64,000 nt of DNA from Terriglobia bacterium (GCA_965206645.1 CBDBKE010000001.1:96001-160000); one strand, 5' to 3'. Shown: positions 10,267 to 20,262, numbered from the stretch's first letter. Made by a program: numbers and translations. The notes: generated by a model from the letters alone, not told the origin.

Positions 10267-10971
10267 CTAGCCGGCCTGGTCGCGTTCCACCACGTTCAGG
10301 AATTCCAGGGCAAAGCTGTCCATGCCCGACCCGAAATCGCGCAGCACGTGAAGGAAGTGGTTGTAGGCCACCACCGCCGGGATGGCCACGAACAGCCCGG
10401 CGGCGGTAGCGACCAGGGCCTCGGAGATCCCTGGAGCCACTGCGCGCAGACTGGCCGAGTCGGCCGTTCCCAGCCCGTGAAAGGAGTCCATGACGCCCCA
10501 GACGGTCCCGAACAGGCCGATGAACGGCGCGACCACACCCGTGCTTGCCAGCCAGCTCAGCATGCGCTCCATGCCGGTCAACTGGTCGCTGGCGGCAATC
10601 TGCAACGCCCGCTGGACTCGCGCGATGCCACCCGGCGGCAGCCTGCCCGAATGCGGATTGGCCGGGGTCGCCTGCTGGCGGATGGTTCCGTAGCCATATT
10701 CAAACATTTCCACTAGCGGGCTCGGATGGAACTGGTCGCTGATGGCATGCAGCTCCGAGAAGGTCTGGCTCCGTCGAAAGGCGCGCAGGAACCGCTCACT
10801 CTGCGCGCGTGCCCGCCGGAAGCGGCGCCACTTGGCGAAAGTCACCGTCCAGGAAAAGACAGAAAACAGCAGCAGCAGCAGCAGAACACCCTTGACGACC
10901 CAGCCGGTCTGTCCGATCAAACCGACCACTTCGGTGCCGCCGATTAGAGCCAGAAGCGGAACAACAGTCAA
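10267..10971 (-). CDS. tolQ: TolQ/ExbB/MotA proton channel
   Basis: APFIGLFGTVWG, VAPGISEALVATAAGL; TTG 10971 preceded by GGGGAG chosen as start (ORF extends to 11073). Confidence 0.9.
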   Translation of the reverse strand: MTVVPLLALIGGTEVVGLIGQTGWVVKGVLLLLLLFSVFSWTVTFAKWRRFRRARAQSERFLRAFRRSQTFSELHAISDQFHPSPLVEMFEYGYGTIRQQATPANPHSGRLPPGGIARVQRALQIAASDQLTGMERMLSWLASTGVVAPFIGLFGTVWGVMDSFHGLGTADSASLRAVAPGISEALVATAAGLFVAIPAVVAYNHFLHVLRDFGSGMDSFALEFLNVVERDQAG

Positions 10972-11266
10972 GTTTACTCCCCAGTTTACTCCAAAGCCGC
11001 GGCGATGCTGGCTCGGTCCCGTCCACCGCTCAAATCCGCCGCAGATCCCCTTCCGCTGCGGCCTTCCCCTCATTTAACTTAGCACAAAACCAGCGGCCAC
11101 ATTCAAAGCTGGTGTCAGGGCTGGTATCAGACCGGTATCGCATAAGTGGCATTCCTGGCTCGACGCCGGTCTGGCTCAACTCCGGCCTCGCTCAACGAAG
11201 GTCGAAGTCGAAGCAGTCCTGGATTTGGCGCTCAGGACTTAGCAGTCTCGGGACTCTGCTATCATT

Positions 11267-11320
11267 TGACACCTGAACCTGTGACACCTGAACCGGGCAC
11301 CTGAAACCTGGCATCTGGCG
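11267..11320 (+). repeat. Heptamer-type short tandem repeat (TGACACC/TGAAACC/TGGCATC) in recN leader
   Basis: tgacacctgaacctgtgacacctgaaccgggcacctgaaacctggcatctgg. Confidence 0.75.
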
Positions 11321-11326
11321 GCTGCC

Positions 11327-13045
11327 ATGCTCCAGCAACTCCACATTGAGAACTACGCGCTGATCGACCGCCTGTCGCTGGAATTCGGCCCCGGACTGAA
11401 CCTGCTAACCGGGGAGACCGGCAGCGGCAAGTCGATCATGGTGGATGCCCTGGGCCTGTTGCTGGGCGGCAGAGCATCGCCGGAAACCATCCGCTCCGGC
11501 ACTGAGCGGGCCGGGCTGTGCGGACTGTTTGAAGTCGTGGTGTCGCGGGACCTGAAACGCGCCGCCGACGAAGTCGGCGTCGAGCTGGCGGCAGGCGGTG
11601 AGCTTCTGCTGAAGCGCGAGCTGCACGTGTCAGGCCGCACCCGCGTCTTCATCAATGACCGCCCGGCCACGGTGGCGGCCCTGCGTGCCCTGGCCCCGTG
11701 GCTGGCCGACATCCACGGACAGCACCAGCAGCAGGCTCTGCTGGTGCCTGCCTCCCAACTGGAGCTGCTGGACCGCTCGGCCAGCGCCGAGGAACTGGCC
11801 GAGCAGGTGGCCGATGCTTACCGGGGATGGAGGCAGACAACGGCGCGGTTGGCCGAGCTGACCCGTGACGAGCAGGAGAAGCTGCGTCTGGCTGACCTGT
11901 GGTCCTTCCAGAAGCAGGAGATTGAAGCGGCGCGCCCGCTGCACGACGAGGACCAACGGCTGGGGGAGGAGAAGCGCGTGCTGGCCAACAGCACGCGCAT
12001 CCACGGCGCCGTCGAGAGCGCCTACCAGCAGCTCTACGACGCCCCCGGCGCCGCCGCCGCAGCCATGGCCGCGGCGCTGCGGGCGCTGGAAGATGTGGCC
12101 CGCTTCGACCGCACCTTTGAGCCAATCTGCGATGGCCTGCGCAGCGCCCGCATCAGCGTCGAGGATGCTTCCCTGTCTCTCCGCGATTATCTGGAGCAAC
12201 TGGACGCCAACCCGCAGCGCCTGGAACAGGTGGAGGACCGACTGTCAGTTTTGGACCGGCTGAAGCGCAAGTACGGCCCCACGCTGGCAGACGTGCTGGC
12301 CCACATGGAACAAGTGGGGCGGGAACTGGAGGAGTTGGAGTCCTCGGATGAACTGGCACGCCAGGCGCAGCAGGAACTCGAAGCCGCCGCCGAACGCTAC
12401 CGCCAACTGGCCGGAAGACTTTCTGCACAGCGCAAAAGCGCCGCCGCTCGGCTGGAGAAGGCCGTGGCCCGGATTCTCGCCGAGTTGGCCATGGAGCGCA
12501 CCGCCTTCCGAATCGAGTTTTCCGCGCCGGCCGAGGAATCCTGGAAAGCGTCCGGCATGGACCGCGTGGAGTTTCTCATCTCGCCCAATCCGGGCGAACC
12601 GCTGCGTCCCGTGGATCAGGTGGCTTCGGGCGGAGAGCTGTCCCGGCTGATGCTGGCGCTCATCACCGGCGCCGAAACCCGTCGAGACAGGCCTGCTGGG
12701 ACGTCCAAGGAGAGGGCGTCCCAGACGAACTCAGCCCGTAGCCTGGTGTTCGACGAAATTGACGCCGGCATCGGCGGGCGCGTCGCCGAAGTTGTGGGCC
12801 GCAAGCTGAAGGCGCTGGCGGCGGGCCATCAGGTGCTCTGTGTGACCCACCTGCCGCAGATCGCTTCCTTCGCCGACCATCATTATTTCGTCGAGAAGGT
12901 GGAGCGGGACGGCCGCGCCATCACCCTGGCCCGCCATCTGGAGGAGGGCGAGCGCGCCCCGGAGCTGGCGCGCATGCTCAGCGGCGCCCGCATCACAGAC
13001 ACCGTCCTTAAGCACGCCCGCGACCTGCTCCGCTCCGCCCGCTAG
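11327..13045 (+). CDS. recN: DNA repair protein RecN
   Basis: Walker A GETGSGKS, IHGQH, coiled coil, ASGGELSR, FDEID, VTHLPQIA. Confidence 0.97.
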   Translation: MLQQLHIENYALIDRLSLEFGPGLNLLTGETGSGKSIMVDALGLLLGGRASPETIRSGTERAGLCGLFEVVVSRDLKRAADEVGVELAAGGELLLKRELHVSGRTRVFINDRPATVAALRALAPWLADIHGQHQQQALLVPASQLELLDRSASAEELAEQVADAYRGWRQTTARLAELTRDEQEKLRLADLWSFQKQEIEAARPLHDEDQRLGEEKRVLANSTRIHGAVESAYQQLYDAPGAAAAAMAAALRALEDVARFDRTFEPICDGLRSARISVEDASLSLRDYLEQLDANPQRLEQVEDRLSVLDRLKRKYGPTLADVLAHMEQVGRELEELESSDELARQAQQELEAAAERYRQLAGRLSAQRKSAAARLEKAVARILAELAMERTAFRIEFSAPAEESWKASGMDRVEFLISPNPGEPLRPVDQVASGGELSRLMLALITGAETRRDRPAGTSKERASQTNSARSLVFDEIDAGIGGRVAEVVGRKLKALAAGHQVLCVTHLPQIASFADHHYFVEKVERDGRAITLARHLEEGERAPELARMLSGARITDTVLKHARDLLRSAR

Positions 13046-13105
13046 GGATGGCTCCCGCTTGTGCCTCTCGGAAAGTTGTGGGAGCCCACGGAAGGACTTG
13101 GCCAT

Positions 13106-15955
13106 TTAGCGGACAGCTAACGTGACGGTGTTGCTACTGCTTCCGCCGATCTTAATTTCCAGGAGCACCTCATCACCGGCTGGCGCTCCCGTCGGTACGC
13201 GGGCGTTGACCTGGTAGAGCCCCACGAAGCCCGGCGCCATGCCTGAGGAAAGCACCTCCGCGGAGGCGCCACCAATCGCCACAACGGGCACCATTGCCGT
13301 TAGGTTGAATGGCGGCGAGCTGGCTCCGGGCTGGCCCGTAGCCAGTGGCGCATCCGTTGGGCCTAGGCCAGTAGCAAAAATCTGAACCACCGAGCCTACT
13401 GCCGCCGGGTTCTCCGCTGAGTTAGGCGAAAAGTCTTCATTCAAGACGGCACCCGGCCCCCTCCCGCCTGCTACAGCGGTGAAGATGCCCGGAGCCGCAG
13501 GCGCAACTCTTACCATCACTGGCACCATTGCTTCCGGGCCACGAACTCCACCGGAGGCCACAACTATTCGGACGGTAGTGCCAGTTACCTCGAACGGCAT
13601 TTGGAAGTTGATTTGTGACGGCGAAACAAAGAACAACGGCGCGGGCGTGTCATTAACCAGAACCTCGGTGCCGGCCAGCATGGTGGGCAGTGGCAGCCAA
13701 GTGGCTGCCACTGTGGCCGCTGCAAGGTTCATCCCGAACAGCGAGGCAATGGAACCAGGGCTGACAACCGCCTCCGGCGAGAAACTGGCACCGTTGACAA
13801 TCCCGCCTTCGCCAATCACGGGTGGGGCTTCGGCAAGCGTGCGGCGAGGAGGGATCTTAAGGTCGAGGGCCCGGAGGGAGGGCAGGCCGGCGATAACGCC
13901 GAGACCGGCAGGCGGGCGTGGGTTGGGTGTGGGTGAGAGCAGAACAACTGGGGCGACGCGCAGCGGCGAGGCGGCGCGGCGAAATACGATCAGGCTGTGG
14001 TTCACCGTCAGGTCCCGGTCCACCAACTCGAAGAACAGCACGCGGTATAGGCCAGCGGGCAACTGATTTCGTCTCCCGATTAAGTAGTCGCCCAGTTCAT
14101 TCCAACGCCGCCGGGGACCGCTTTCGGGCCAGGGACCGCTTTCGGGATGGAAGGCGGCTAGTTCATAAAGCCTGTCCAGCGCGCGCTCCAGCGATTCCGA
14201 GTAAACCTCGCGCTCGGGCGACCGCAGCCAGTCCTCGGCCATCACCGTTGCTGGCTGAACCAGCAGGGCAGTTGAAAAAGCCTCGATGGCGCCCGTCCGA
14301 TCGCCGGTGCGCAGCCGCGCCCGGCCCAGGTGAAAGTGCGCCAGGGTGAAGTAGTAATCCAACTCCGTGGCGCGCTCCAGCCACGGCAACGCATCGCTGT
14401 ACCGGCCCGCTTGCATCAAGCTGCTGCCCGCCTGGGCGGCCACAGGGATGAGGTTTGGCATCCGCTTTGCCGCTTCCAGGTAGAACCGCCGGGCAGCATT
14501 GTTTACGTCAGTATTGTTTGCGTCAGTTTGGTTTGCCTCAGTTTGCTGTTCGGCGAGCCCGCCGGCGCGAAAGGCGTAGAAGCCGCACCTGGCGTCCCAT
14601 TGCGCTGCTTGCGCCGGATCACCGCGCTGGTAGAAGTAATGGGCCACCAAAGAACGACCCAACAGCGCCGCTCCCGTTAACGAGAGCAGGAACAACCCGC
14701 CCATCGCCAACCAGCGGAGCAGGGAGGAGGGTTCGGCTTTCGGAGAGGCCGGGGGGCTTGTAGCTACGGAAAAGCCAGCCACAATTGCTAGCGGAAACAA
14801 GATGGCGGGCAGGTCTAGCTGATAGTCGCCCAGGGAAAAGATGAGGTAAGCACACAGAGCCGTGGCCGCCGGGCCTGTCGACAGCCTCAGAGTGGTCAGT
14901 ACGAGCAACAGCGCAGCGGCTAGTCCCAGCACGCCAGTTTCAGCCAGCAGGTTGGCGGGCAGGCTGTGCAACTGCGGCAAGACTTCCCCGGGCGGACTGA
15001 GCCCAGGCGTCTGCTCGCGGTGCAAGGAAGCGGCAAACGGCGTGGCTCCGAGCCCCCAGCCGACCAGCGGACGTGCGGCAGCCACCGAGAGCCCGGCCCG
15101 CAGGTAGCGCAGTCGGTGTTCCAGCGACAGATCGCTGCGCTCGGCCACGATGGCGGCCACGCGGCCTCGCAGGCCCGCAACCACGGGGCTGCGAGACCAA
15201 AGGAACACGACTGCCGCCAGTGCGGCCAGTGCCAGTAGCGCCACGATCTGCCATTTCGAACTTCGGATTGTGGATTGTGGACCGAGTGATTTTCTGAAAC
15301 CCACCCGGCTGAAGCCCAAACGGCTGACTAGAGCGACAAGACCCAACCCGGTCAACACCAGCACGCCCGCCAGCGAGCCTGTCAGCACAATCGCCAACGC
15401 CTGCGCTGCCGTTGCCGCATACCAGAACAGGCGTGCAGGGTTCGAGCGCGCGGCCGCGGCGGCACGGGCCGTCAGAGGCAGGTGCAGCAGCAGGAAGCCT
15501 GCCATGTAATTGTGATGCCCCAGCGGTGCAACCACCCGGGGAGTCCGGCCCAAGAAGTACAGTGACAGACCTACCACAGCTGCCGCCGTACCTGTCGCGG
15601 GTAGCACCAATTGCAGGGTGGCTGCTGGTTGGAGCCGCCCGGATGAGACCAGTCCCACCACCAGGTAGAAAACCGCCGCCGCCGCTGCTGCCAGCAACAG
15701 CATCCGCCAGCTTCGCCCGGTACAGGGAGACTGAAGAGCGCCGGCGACCATGACCACTAACAGCAACGCCAGCAGCGGCTCGAAGAAGCCACCCAGCAGC
15801 GGCCAGCGCTCTTGCCGTTTCGCTGCCAGGAAAGCGGCGCCCAGCGCCAGCACCACCAGCGCGTGCATTCCTGCTTCGCGCAGCCAGGACGCGCTGCCCG
15901 ACACGGTGCCGAGCAATAGTGCTACGAGCGGATAGCAGAAAAGAAACGCCTTCAC
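13106..15955 (-). CDS. O-antigen ligase-family membrane protein fused to TPRs and a C-terminal Solibacter-type (TIGR03437-like) domain
   Basis: LGHHN, RPLVGWGLG, HSLPANLLAETGVLG ligase motifs; TPRs; C-terminal NGASF...PGSIASLFG...VSPSQINFQ...ATGLG...PGFVGLYQVN. Confidence 0.8.
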   Translation of the reverse strand: MKAFLFCYPLVALLLGTVSGSASWLREAGMHALVVLALGAAFLAAKRQERWPLLGGFFEPLLALLLVVMVAGALQSPCTGRSWRMLLLAAAAAAVFYLVVGLVSSGRLQPAATLQLVLPATGTAAAVVGLSLYFLGRTPRVVAPLGHHNYMAGFLLLHLPLTARAAAAARSNPARLFWYAATAAQALAIVLTGSLAGVLVLTGLGLVALVSRLGFSRVGFRKSLGPQSTIRSSKWQIVALLALAALAAVVFLWSRSPVVAGLRGRVAAIVAERSDLSLEHRLRYLRAGLSVAAARPLVGWGLGATPFAASLHREQTPGLSPPGEVLPQLHSLPANLLAETGVLGLAAALLLVLTTLRLSTGPAATALCAYLIFSLGDYQLDLPAILFPLAIVAGFSVATSPPASPKAEPSSLLRWLAMGGLFLLSLTGAALLGRSLVAHYFYQRGDPAQAAQWDARCGFYAFRAGGLAEQQTEANQTDANNTDVNNAARRFYLEAAKRMPNLIPVAAQAGSSLMQAGRYSDALPWLERATELDYYFTLAHFHLGRARLRTGDRTGAIEAFSTALLVQPATVMAEDWLRSPEREVYSESLERALDRLYELAAFHPESGPWPESGPRRRWNELGDYLIGRRNQLPAGLYRVLFFELVDRDLTVNHSLIVFRRAASPLRVAPVVLLSPTPNPRPPAGLGVIAGLPSLRALDLKIPPRRTLAEAPPVIGEGGIVNGASFSPEAVVSPGSIASLFGMNLAAATVAATWLPLPTMLAGTEVLVNDTPAPLFFVSPSQINFQMPFEVTGTTVRIVVASGGVRGPEAMVPVMVRVAPAAPGIFTAVAGGRGPGAVLNEDFSPNSAENPAAVGSVVQIFATGLGPTDAPLATGQPGASSPPFNLTAMVPVVAIGGASAEVLSSGMAPGFVGLYQVNARVPTGAPAGDEVLLEIKIGGSSSNTVTLAVR

Positions 15956-16917
15956 TGGGAGCGGGTAGGACGGGGGGCTTCGACGGAATTGCGGCGCGAG
16001 GCCAGGCGGATGGCCGCCTCAATAGCGCTTACCATGTTTTCCGGACGGGCGCGGTTTTGCCCGGCGATGTCGAAGGCGGTACCGTGGTCCACCGAGGTGC
16101 GCAGAATCGGCAAGCCGACGGTGATGTTGACGGTCTTGTCAAACTCCACCAGCTTCATCGGGATGTGTCCCTGATCGTGGTACATGGCCACCACCAGGTC
16201 AAACTCGCCCTGCCAGGCCCGCAGGAAAACCGTATCCGGAGGCAGCGGGCCGCAGGCTGGGAGGCCTTGGGCGCGGGCCTGCTCAACGGCCGGCGCGATC
16301 TGCTGGCGGTCTTCTTCCCCGAACATCCCCTCCTCGCCCGCGTGGGGATTCAGCCCGGCGACGGCGATGCGCGGCTGCTCGAAGCCCAGCAGCCGCATGG
16401 CTTCGTCACCGAGTTGGATGGTGCGCCAGACGCGAGCCGTGGTCGCCTGGTGGCAGGCTTCGCCGAGTGCCAGGTGAGTGGTGACGTGGATCGTGCGCAG
16501 CCGTTCCCCGGCCAGCAGCATGCGCACTTCCGGATGGCCGCAGAGCGCGGCGATGAACTCAGTGTGCCCGGGAAATCCTATCCCCGCCAATTGGGCCGCG
16601 CGCTTATGAATGGGGCCGGTGACCAGTGCGTCTAATTCCCCCGCGAGACACAGCCGCACCCCGGTGCGAACCGCCTCCAGTGCTGCGTGACCATATTCGG
16701 CGCTGACCTGCCCGGGACGAACCTGTGACCACTCCAGGTCGCCGGCGGGAACGGCATGCGGGCTACTCAGCCCCCACTGCGCGAGCACCGAAGGCGGCCC
16801 GATGGGGAAAAGCTCCGCCTGCTCGCGCAGGGACTTGCGGGCCAGGGCTTTGGCAGTCACTTCGGGCCCGATTCCCGCAGGGTCGCCCAAGCTGATGCCA
16901 ATCCGGGGAAGCCTCAT
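15952..16917 (-). CDS. pdxA: PdxA-family dehydrogenase (likely PdxA2, 4-phospho-tetronate dehydrogenase)
   Basis: GDPAGIGPE, GHTE, AMYHDQG, RTSVDHGTAFDIAG; overlaps DUF1537 kinase. Confidence 0.92.
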   Translation of the reverse strand: MRLPRIGISLGDPAGIGPEVTAKALARKSLREQAELFPIGPPSVLAQWGLSSPHAVPAGDLEWSQVRPGQVSAEYGHAALEAVRTGVRLCLAGELDALVTGPIHKRAAQLAGIGFPGHTEFIAALCGHPEVRMLLAGERLRTIHVTTHLALGEACHQATTARVWRTIQLGDEAMRLLGFEQPRIAVAGLNPHAGEEGMFGEEDRQQIAPAVEQARAQGLPACGPLPPDTVFLRAWQGEFDLVVAMYHDQGHIPMKLVEFDKTVNITVGLPILRTSVDHGTAFDIAGQNRARPENMVSAIEAAIRLASRRNSVEAPRPTRSQ

Positions 16918-17957
16918 GATCGCGAATGGCCGATGAGCTCAGCCGCTCGCCCGCTCGGGTTTGACATGGCAAGGGCGATGGCCTGGATCAGAGCGTCGGG
17001 CCGGCCGAAGCCGCCGGCTTTGCTAAGAAAGGGAACGTCGTGGGCCCGCCCGCCAAGCATCCGGCCCGTAGCTACGCCAGGGAGTACTTCGCCGAACACC
17101 TCCAACGCTTCTACCTGGAGGGCGCCGATTGCGCCCTCGGCTGTATCGCCGCCAACGAGGAACAGTCCGGTGTCTCGCTCCAAGGCTTTCGGCACCTGGC
17201 TCACCACCTCCACCGCAACTCCAACGGCGTCCCGGACCCCCACTTGCGCCGCCTCCACCTGGGCCAGGGTGGCCGGGTGGGTGCTACCGGCCACGATCAA
17301 CCAGCGCGCGGCCTTGATGAATCTGCGTGAGGTGGACCTAGGTGAGGGCAGTTCGCGGGTTTGCTCACCCGCCGGGGGCGGGCCGAACGCAAAGCGGGCC
17401 AAACCAGCCGAGCCCACCCACAGCACCGTGGCCCGACGTCGGGCGATCGACTCGACGAACGCCGCCAGGTCCTCGTCGCTCTCCGCGTTTGCGACCAATG
17501 CGTCGGCAATACCGGCGTCGGCCAGGGCAGGGGCCAGCTCGCCCGCTGGCTTCCCATCGGCGTACACCATACCGCTGCGCACAATGCGCCCGCAGGCGGG
17601 GAATGCAGGTGCAACCGCTACTACTTGCGCCCCAATGACCTGCCGCAGCGATGCCACTTCTGCAGCCCACGGCCCTCGCAGGGTGGAATCAATCTTCTTG
17701 AAGCTGGGCAAAGCACCGCCGGCCAACAAAGCTCGCGCCACTTCCGCCACGGTCTTCGCCGCCGGCTCGGGCGGCTGATTTCTCGTGGCCGTGGAGACCA
17801 CCAAAAGGGTGTGGGTTGTCCCGGCCTCGATGGCATTCGGGCGAGCGCTTGCCCGCCCTCCAGCCGGCAAAACTAAGGGGCGCCAGCCGGCCAGGGCTGC
17901 GCGGGCGGCGGAATCGCAGGCCCCGGTCAGGTCGTCGGCAATAATGGCCGGACGCAT
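16914..17957 (-). CDS. Four-carbon acid sugar kinase family protein (DUF1537)
   Basis: IIADDLTGACD, FKKIDSTLRG, PAFP..GR, GSAGLA, GGDTA, SKAGGFG. Confidence 0.9.
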   Translation of the reverse strand: MRPAIIADDLTGACDSAARAALAGWRPLVLPAGGRASARPNAIEAGTTHTLLVVSTATRNQPPEPAAKTVAEVARALLAGGALPSFKKIDSTLRGPWAAEVASLRQVIGAQVVAVAPAFPACGRIVRSGMVYADGKPAGELAPALADAGIADALVANAESDEDLAAFVESIARRRATVLWVGSAGLARFAFGPPPAGEQTRELPSPRSTSRRFIKAARWLIVAGSTHPATLAQVEAAQVGVRDAVGVAVEVVSQVPKALERDTGLFLVGGDTAEGAIGALQVEALEVFGEVLPGVATGRMLGGRAHDVPFLSKAGGFGRPDALIQAIALAMSNPSGRAAELIGHSRS

Positions 17958-19255
17958 GGTTGCAGGGTGGCTTCGGCCAGGGCCGAAGTACCGGTTTTCA
18001 GATCGCCCGCCTCGTTAAATTCCAATGCCACCGCGGGTTGCACTTCGTAGTTGGGGTTGCCAGCCAGGTCGGCCGCGCAGGGGGGCGTGGCCAGGAGCGT
18101 GGCCATCGACAAGGTGTTGCGAATCCAGGCGGCCCGCACCGTTTCGGTCTCAGGCGAGCCCAGGTTGCTCAGCAGAAAATCCAGCGCTGCACGATCGCTC
18201 GGGAAAGAGATGGGCATGCGGGCAGGCACATACGCGAGAGCGGTGCGCACATTGGTGTAGGTGACGTGGAAATCGGCTTTGCGGCCGATGCGCTCGTGCA
18301 TCGCGTCGGCGAGGCCTATGCCGGAGGCATTGCCCTCGCTTTCCGGTGTCAGGTCACGGATGTAGATGCGGCGGATCCGGATGGAGCGCTCCACCTCCAA
18401 CGGGAAGCGGTCGGGATGGACACTGCGCCCGATCACCTTCGTGTCCATCCCAACGCCGCTGATGTTCTTGCCGATCTCATCCACGATCAGCAGGTCCAGT
18501 GAGGAAAAGGGCAGCTTGGGATGCAACTGCCGGGATCGAGCCAGCAAGCGACGGTCCATCCCTTCGATGTCGGCGGTGGGTGCGGCGGCGACTTCGCACA
18601 AGCTGTGCCGGTCGTTCTCCACCAGGCCCAACCCGGCCAAGATCCGGCCACTGGCCACGATGTGGCGGCTCATGGGAAGGATCGCCTGGGGGAATCCGCT
18701 GCGGAGGCTGTTCTTGTGCAAGCTGGTGGCCCCTTCCAACTTACCCAACCCCACTGTCATCATCTTCAAGAGGCCGCTTTCCACCTCTCCCTCAAAGTCG
18801 GTGTGGAGCTTGACCCGGTTCAGCACCAGTACCCGCCCGGACTCCCAGGCGGCGCGGTCCATGAAGGTTTCAAAGCCCTCGGGAGTCCGACCAAGCGAAA
18901 CCGTTTCCATCGAGGAGACCACCGGCGCGCCCACCAGCTCTTCTGTGACCCCTAGGTCGGCAAGCAGGCGGCGCTGGCCTTCCGCCGTGGCACCGCCGTG
19001 GCTCCCCATGGCCGGAACCACGAAGGGCCGCGCTCCAGCCTCTCGCAACACGGCACAGGCGGCCCGCACGACCGCCGCGATCCGGTCAATGCCGCGGCTG
19101 CCACAGGTGACAGCCACCGTCGCGCCCTCCGGAATGCCGGCCAGAACTTCCGGCAGGGCCTGAAAGGCACGGCGGACTGCCGGGCCCACTTCCGCAATAG
19201 CCGGAGCGGTGGCGCGCAGCGACCGGACTGGATGTAAGACCAACTGTTCAATCAT
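17927..19255 (-). CDS. LarA-like (DUF2088) lactate-racemase-domain protein
   Basis: GSRGI, PAMGSHGGAT.EGQ, NRVKLHTDF, ESGLLKM..VGLGK, GKNISG.GMD. Confidence 0.75.
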   Translation of the reverse strand: MIEQLVLHPVRSLRATAPAIAEVGPAVRRAFQALPEVLAGIPEGATVAVTCGSRGIDRIAAVVRAACAVLREAGARPFVVPAMGSHGGATAEGQRRLLADLGVTEELVGAPVVSSMETVSLGRTPEGFETFMDRAAWESGRVLVLNRVKLHTDFEGEVESGLLKMMTVGLGKLEGATSLHKNSLRSGFPQAILPMSRHIVASGRILAGLGLVENDRHSLCEVAAAPTADIEGMDRRLLARSRQLHPKLPFSSLDLLIVDEIGKNISGVGMDTKVIGRSVHPDRFPLEVERSIRIRRIYIRDLTPESEGNASGIGLADAMHERIGRKADFHVTYTNVRTALAYVPARMPISFPSDRAALDFLLSNLGSPETETVRAAWIRNTLSMATLLATPPCAADLAGNPNYEVQPAVALEFNEAGDLKTGTSALAEATLQPCVRPLLPTT

Positions 19256-19384
19256 GTGAGCATTGTCGCCCTGCCCTTGACCAACAGTCAACCCCACCGG
19301 AGTAGTGTGTCAGTCTCCGGCAAAGGTGCCGTTCAGCCGCGAGCTGCACGACTCCTTTCTCGCTTTTGGTTTCGCGGTGTTCAT

Positions 19385-19735
19385 TCAGGTTGTACGCTCC
19401 ACGTACTCCTTGAGAGCGACGGCGTTGTTCAACCGCGACTCTCGTGAGGCAAAGACGAAGGTGACCCGACCAGCTCGGACGCGCTCAAGAATGGGATGCA
19501 GCGACTCCTGTCGGGCACGCAACTCCTTGAAGTATCTGCGCTTGAACTCTGCCCACTTGTCCGGCGCGTGATTGAACCAGCGCCGCAGTTCGGTAGAGGG
19601 AGCAGCCTCCTTGGGCCAGAGGTCGATCTTCGCTTCCTGCTTCGAGAGACCGCGGGGCCACAGCCGTTCGACAAGAATGCGGCAGCCATCCGATTGTGAC
19701 GGGGTCTCGTAGGCACGTTTCAGCAAGATGGGCAT
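19385..19735 (-). CDS. DUF488/YeaO family protein
   Basis: KRAYE, RILVERLWPRG, APSTELRRWF, NNAVAL. Confidence 0.9.
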   Translation of the reverse strand: MPILLKRAYETPSQSDGCRILVERLWPRGLSKQEAKIDLWPKEAAPSTELRRWFNHAPDKWAEFKRRYFKELRARQESLHPILERVRAGRVTFVFASRESRLNNAVALKEYVERTT

Positions 19736-19742
19736 GGCGTCT

Positions 19743-19770
19743 GCCTAACCGCTGCAGCGGCTTGTTAGGT
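19743..19770 (-). other. Internally deleted attC-like site
   Basis: Minus strand ACCTAAC-AAGCCGCTGCAGCG-GTTAGGC (RYYYAAC...GTTRRRY); contains the stop codon of the upstream gene. Confidence 0.6.
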
Positions 19771-20262
19771 GGACTCGTCCGCCATCTTCTCGATCTCCTC
19801 CAGTAGCCTACTTCGAAGCCAAGACTCTAGCATCATCAGGCCGTTGACCGTGAAGAGCTGGTAGTGGGGGTTGCCTTGGTAGCCAGTCACAGCGCCAGCG
19901 TGGATTTCGACGGCGCCAATGATGTCTTGTGATGGCACCTCTCCCTCTGGCGTAGGTGTACGAGCATCGATGATGTAGACGTTACCGTCCCGCAGTCGCT
20001 TGGCTTCCGCTACCACACCAGGGCAATTCGCAGCGTGTCGGGCGATGAAGTCATGAAGAAACTCGAGGAATCGCACATTCGGCGCGAAGTGTTCGACATC
20101 GAAGAAATCGGGACCGTCGACAAGCTTGCCTAGGATGGCTTCGGCGGGAAGGCCGTGTCGGAAGACGACATCATGCGGGACCAGAGAGACGTAGTGTTCA
20201 TCCCGGCCGGTCTGCCTATCCCGGATCGTGTAGACAAATGCTTGCTCGCCAGGATTACCCAT
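19765..20262 (-). CDS. Hypothetical protein in a putative gene cassette
   Basis: 165-aa ORF bounded by GTTAGGT (20268-20274) and ACCTAAC (19764-19770) on the minus strand. Confidence 0.75.
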   Translation of the reverse strand: MGNPGEQAFVYTIRDRQTGRDEHYVSLVPHDVVFRHGLPAEAILGKLVDGPDFFDVEHFAPNVRFLEFLHDFIARHAANCPGVVAEAKRLRDGNVYIIDARTPTPEGEVPSQDIIGAVEIHAGAVTGYQGNPHYQLFTVNGLMMLESWLRSRLLEEIEKMADEST

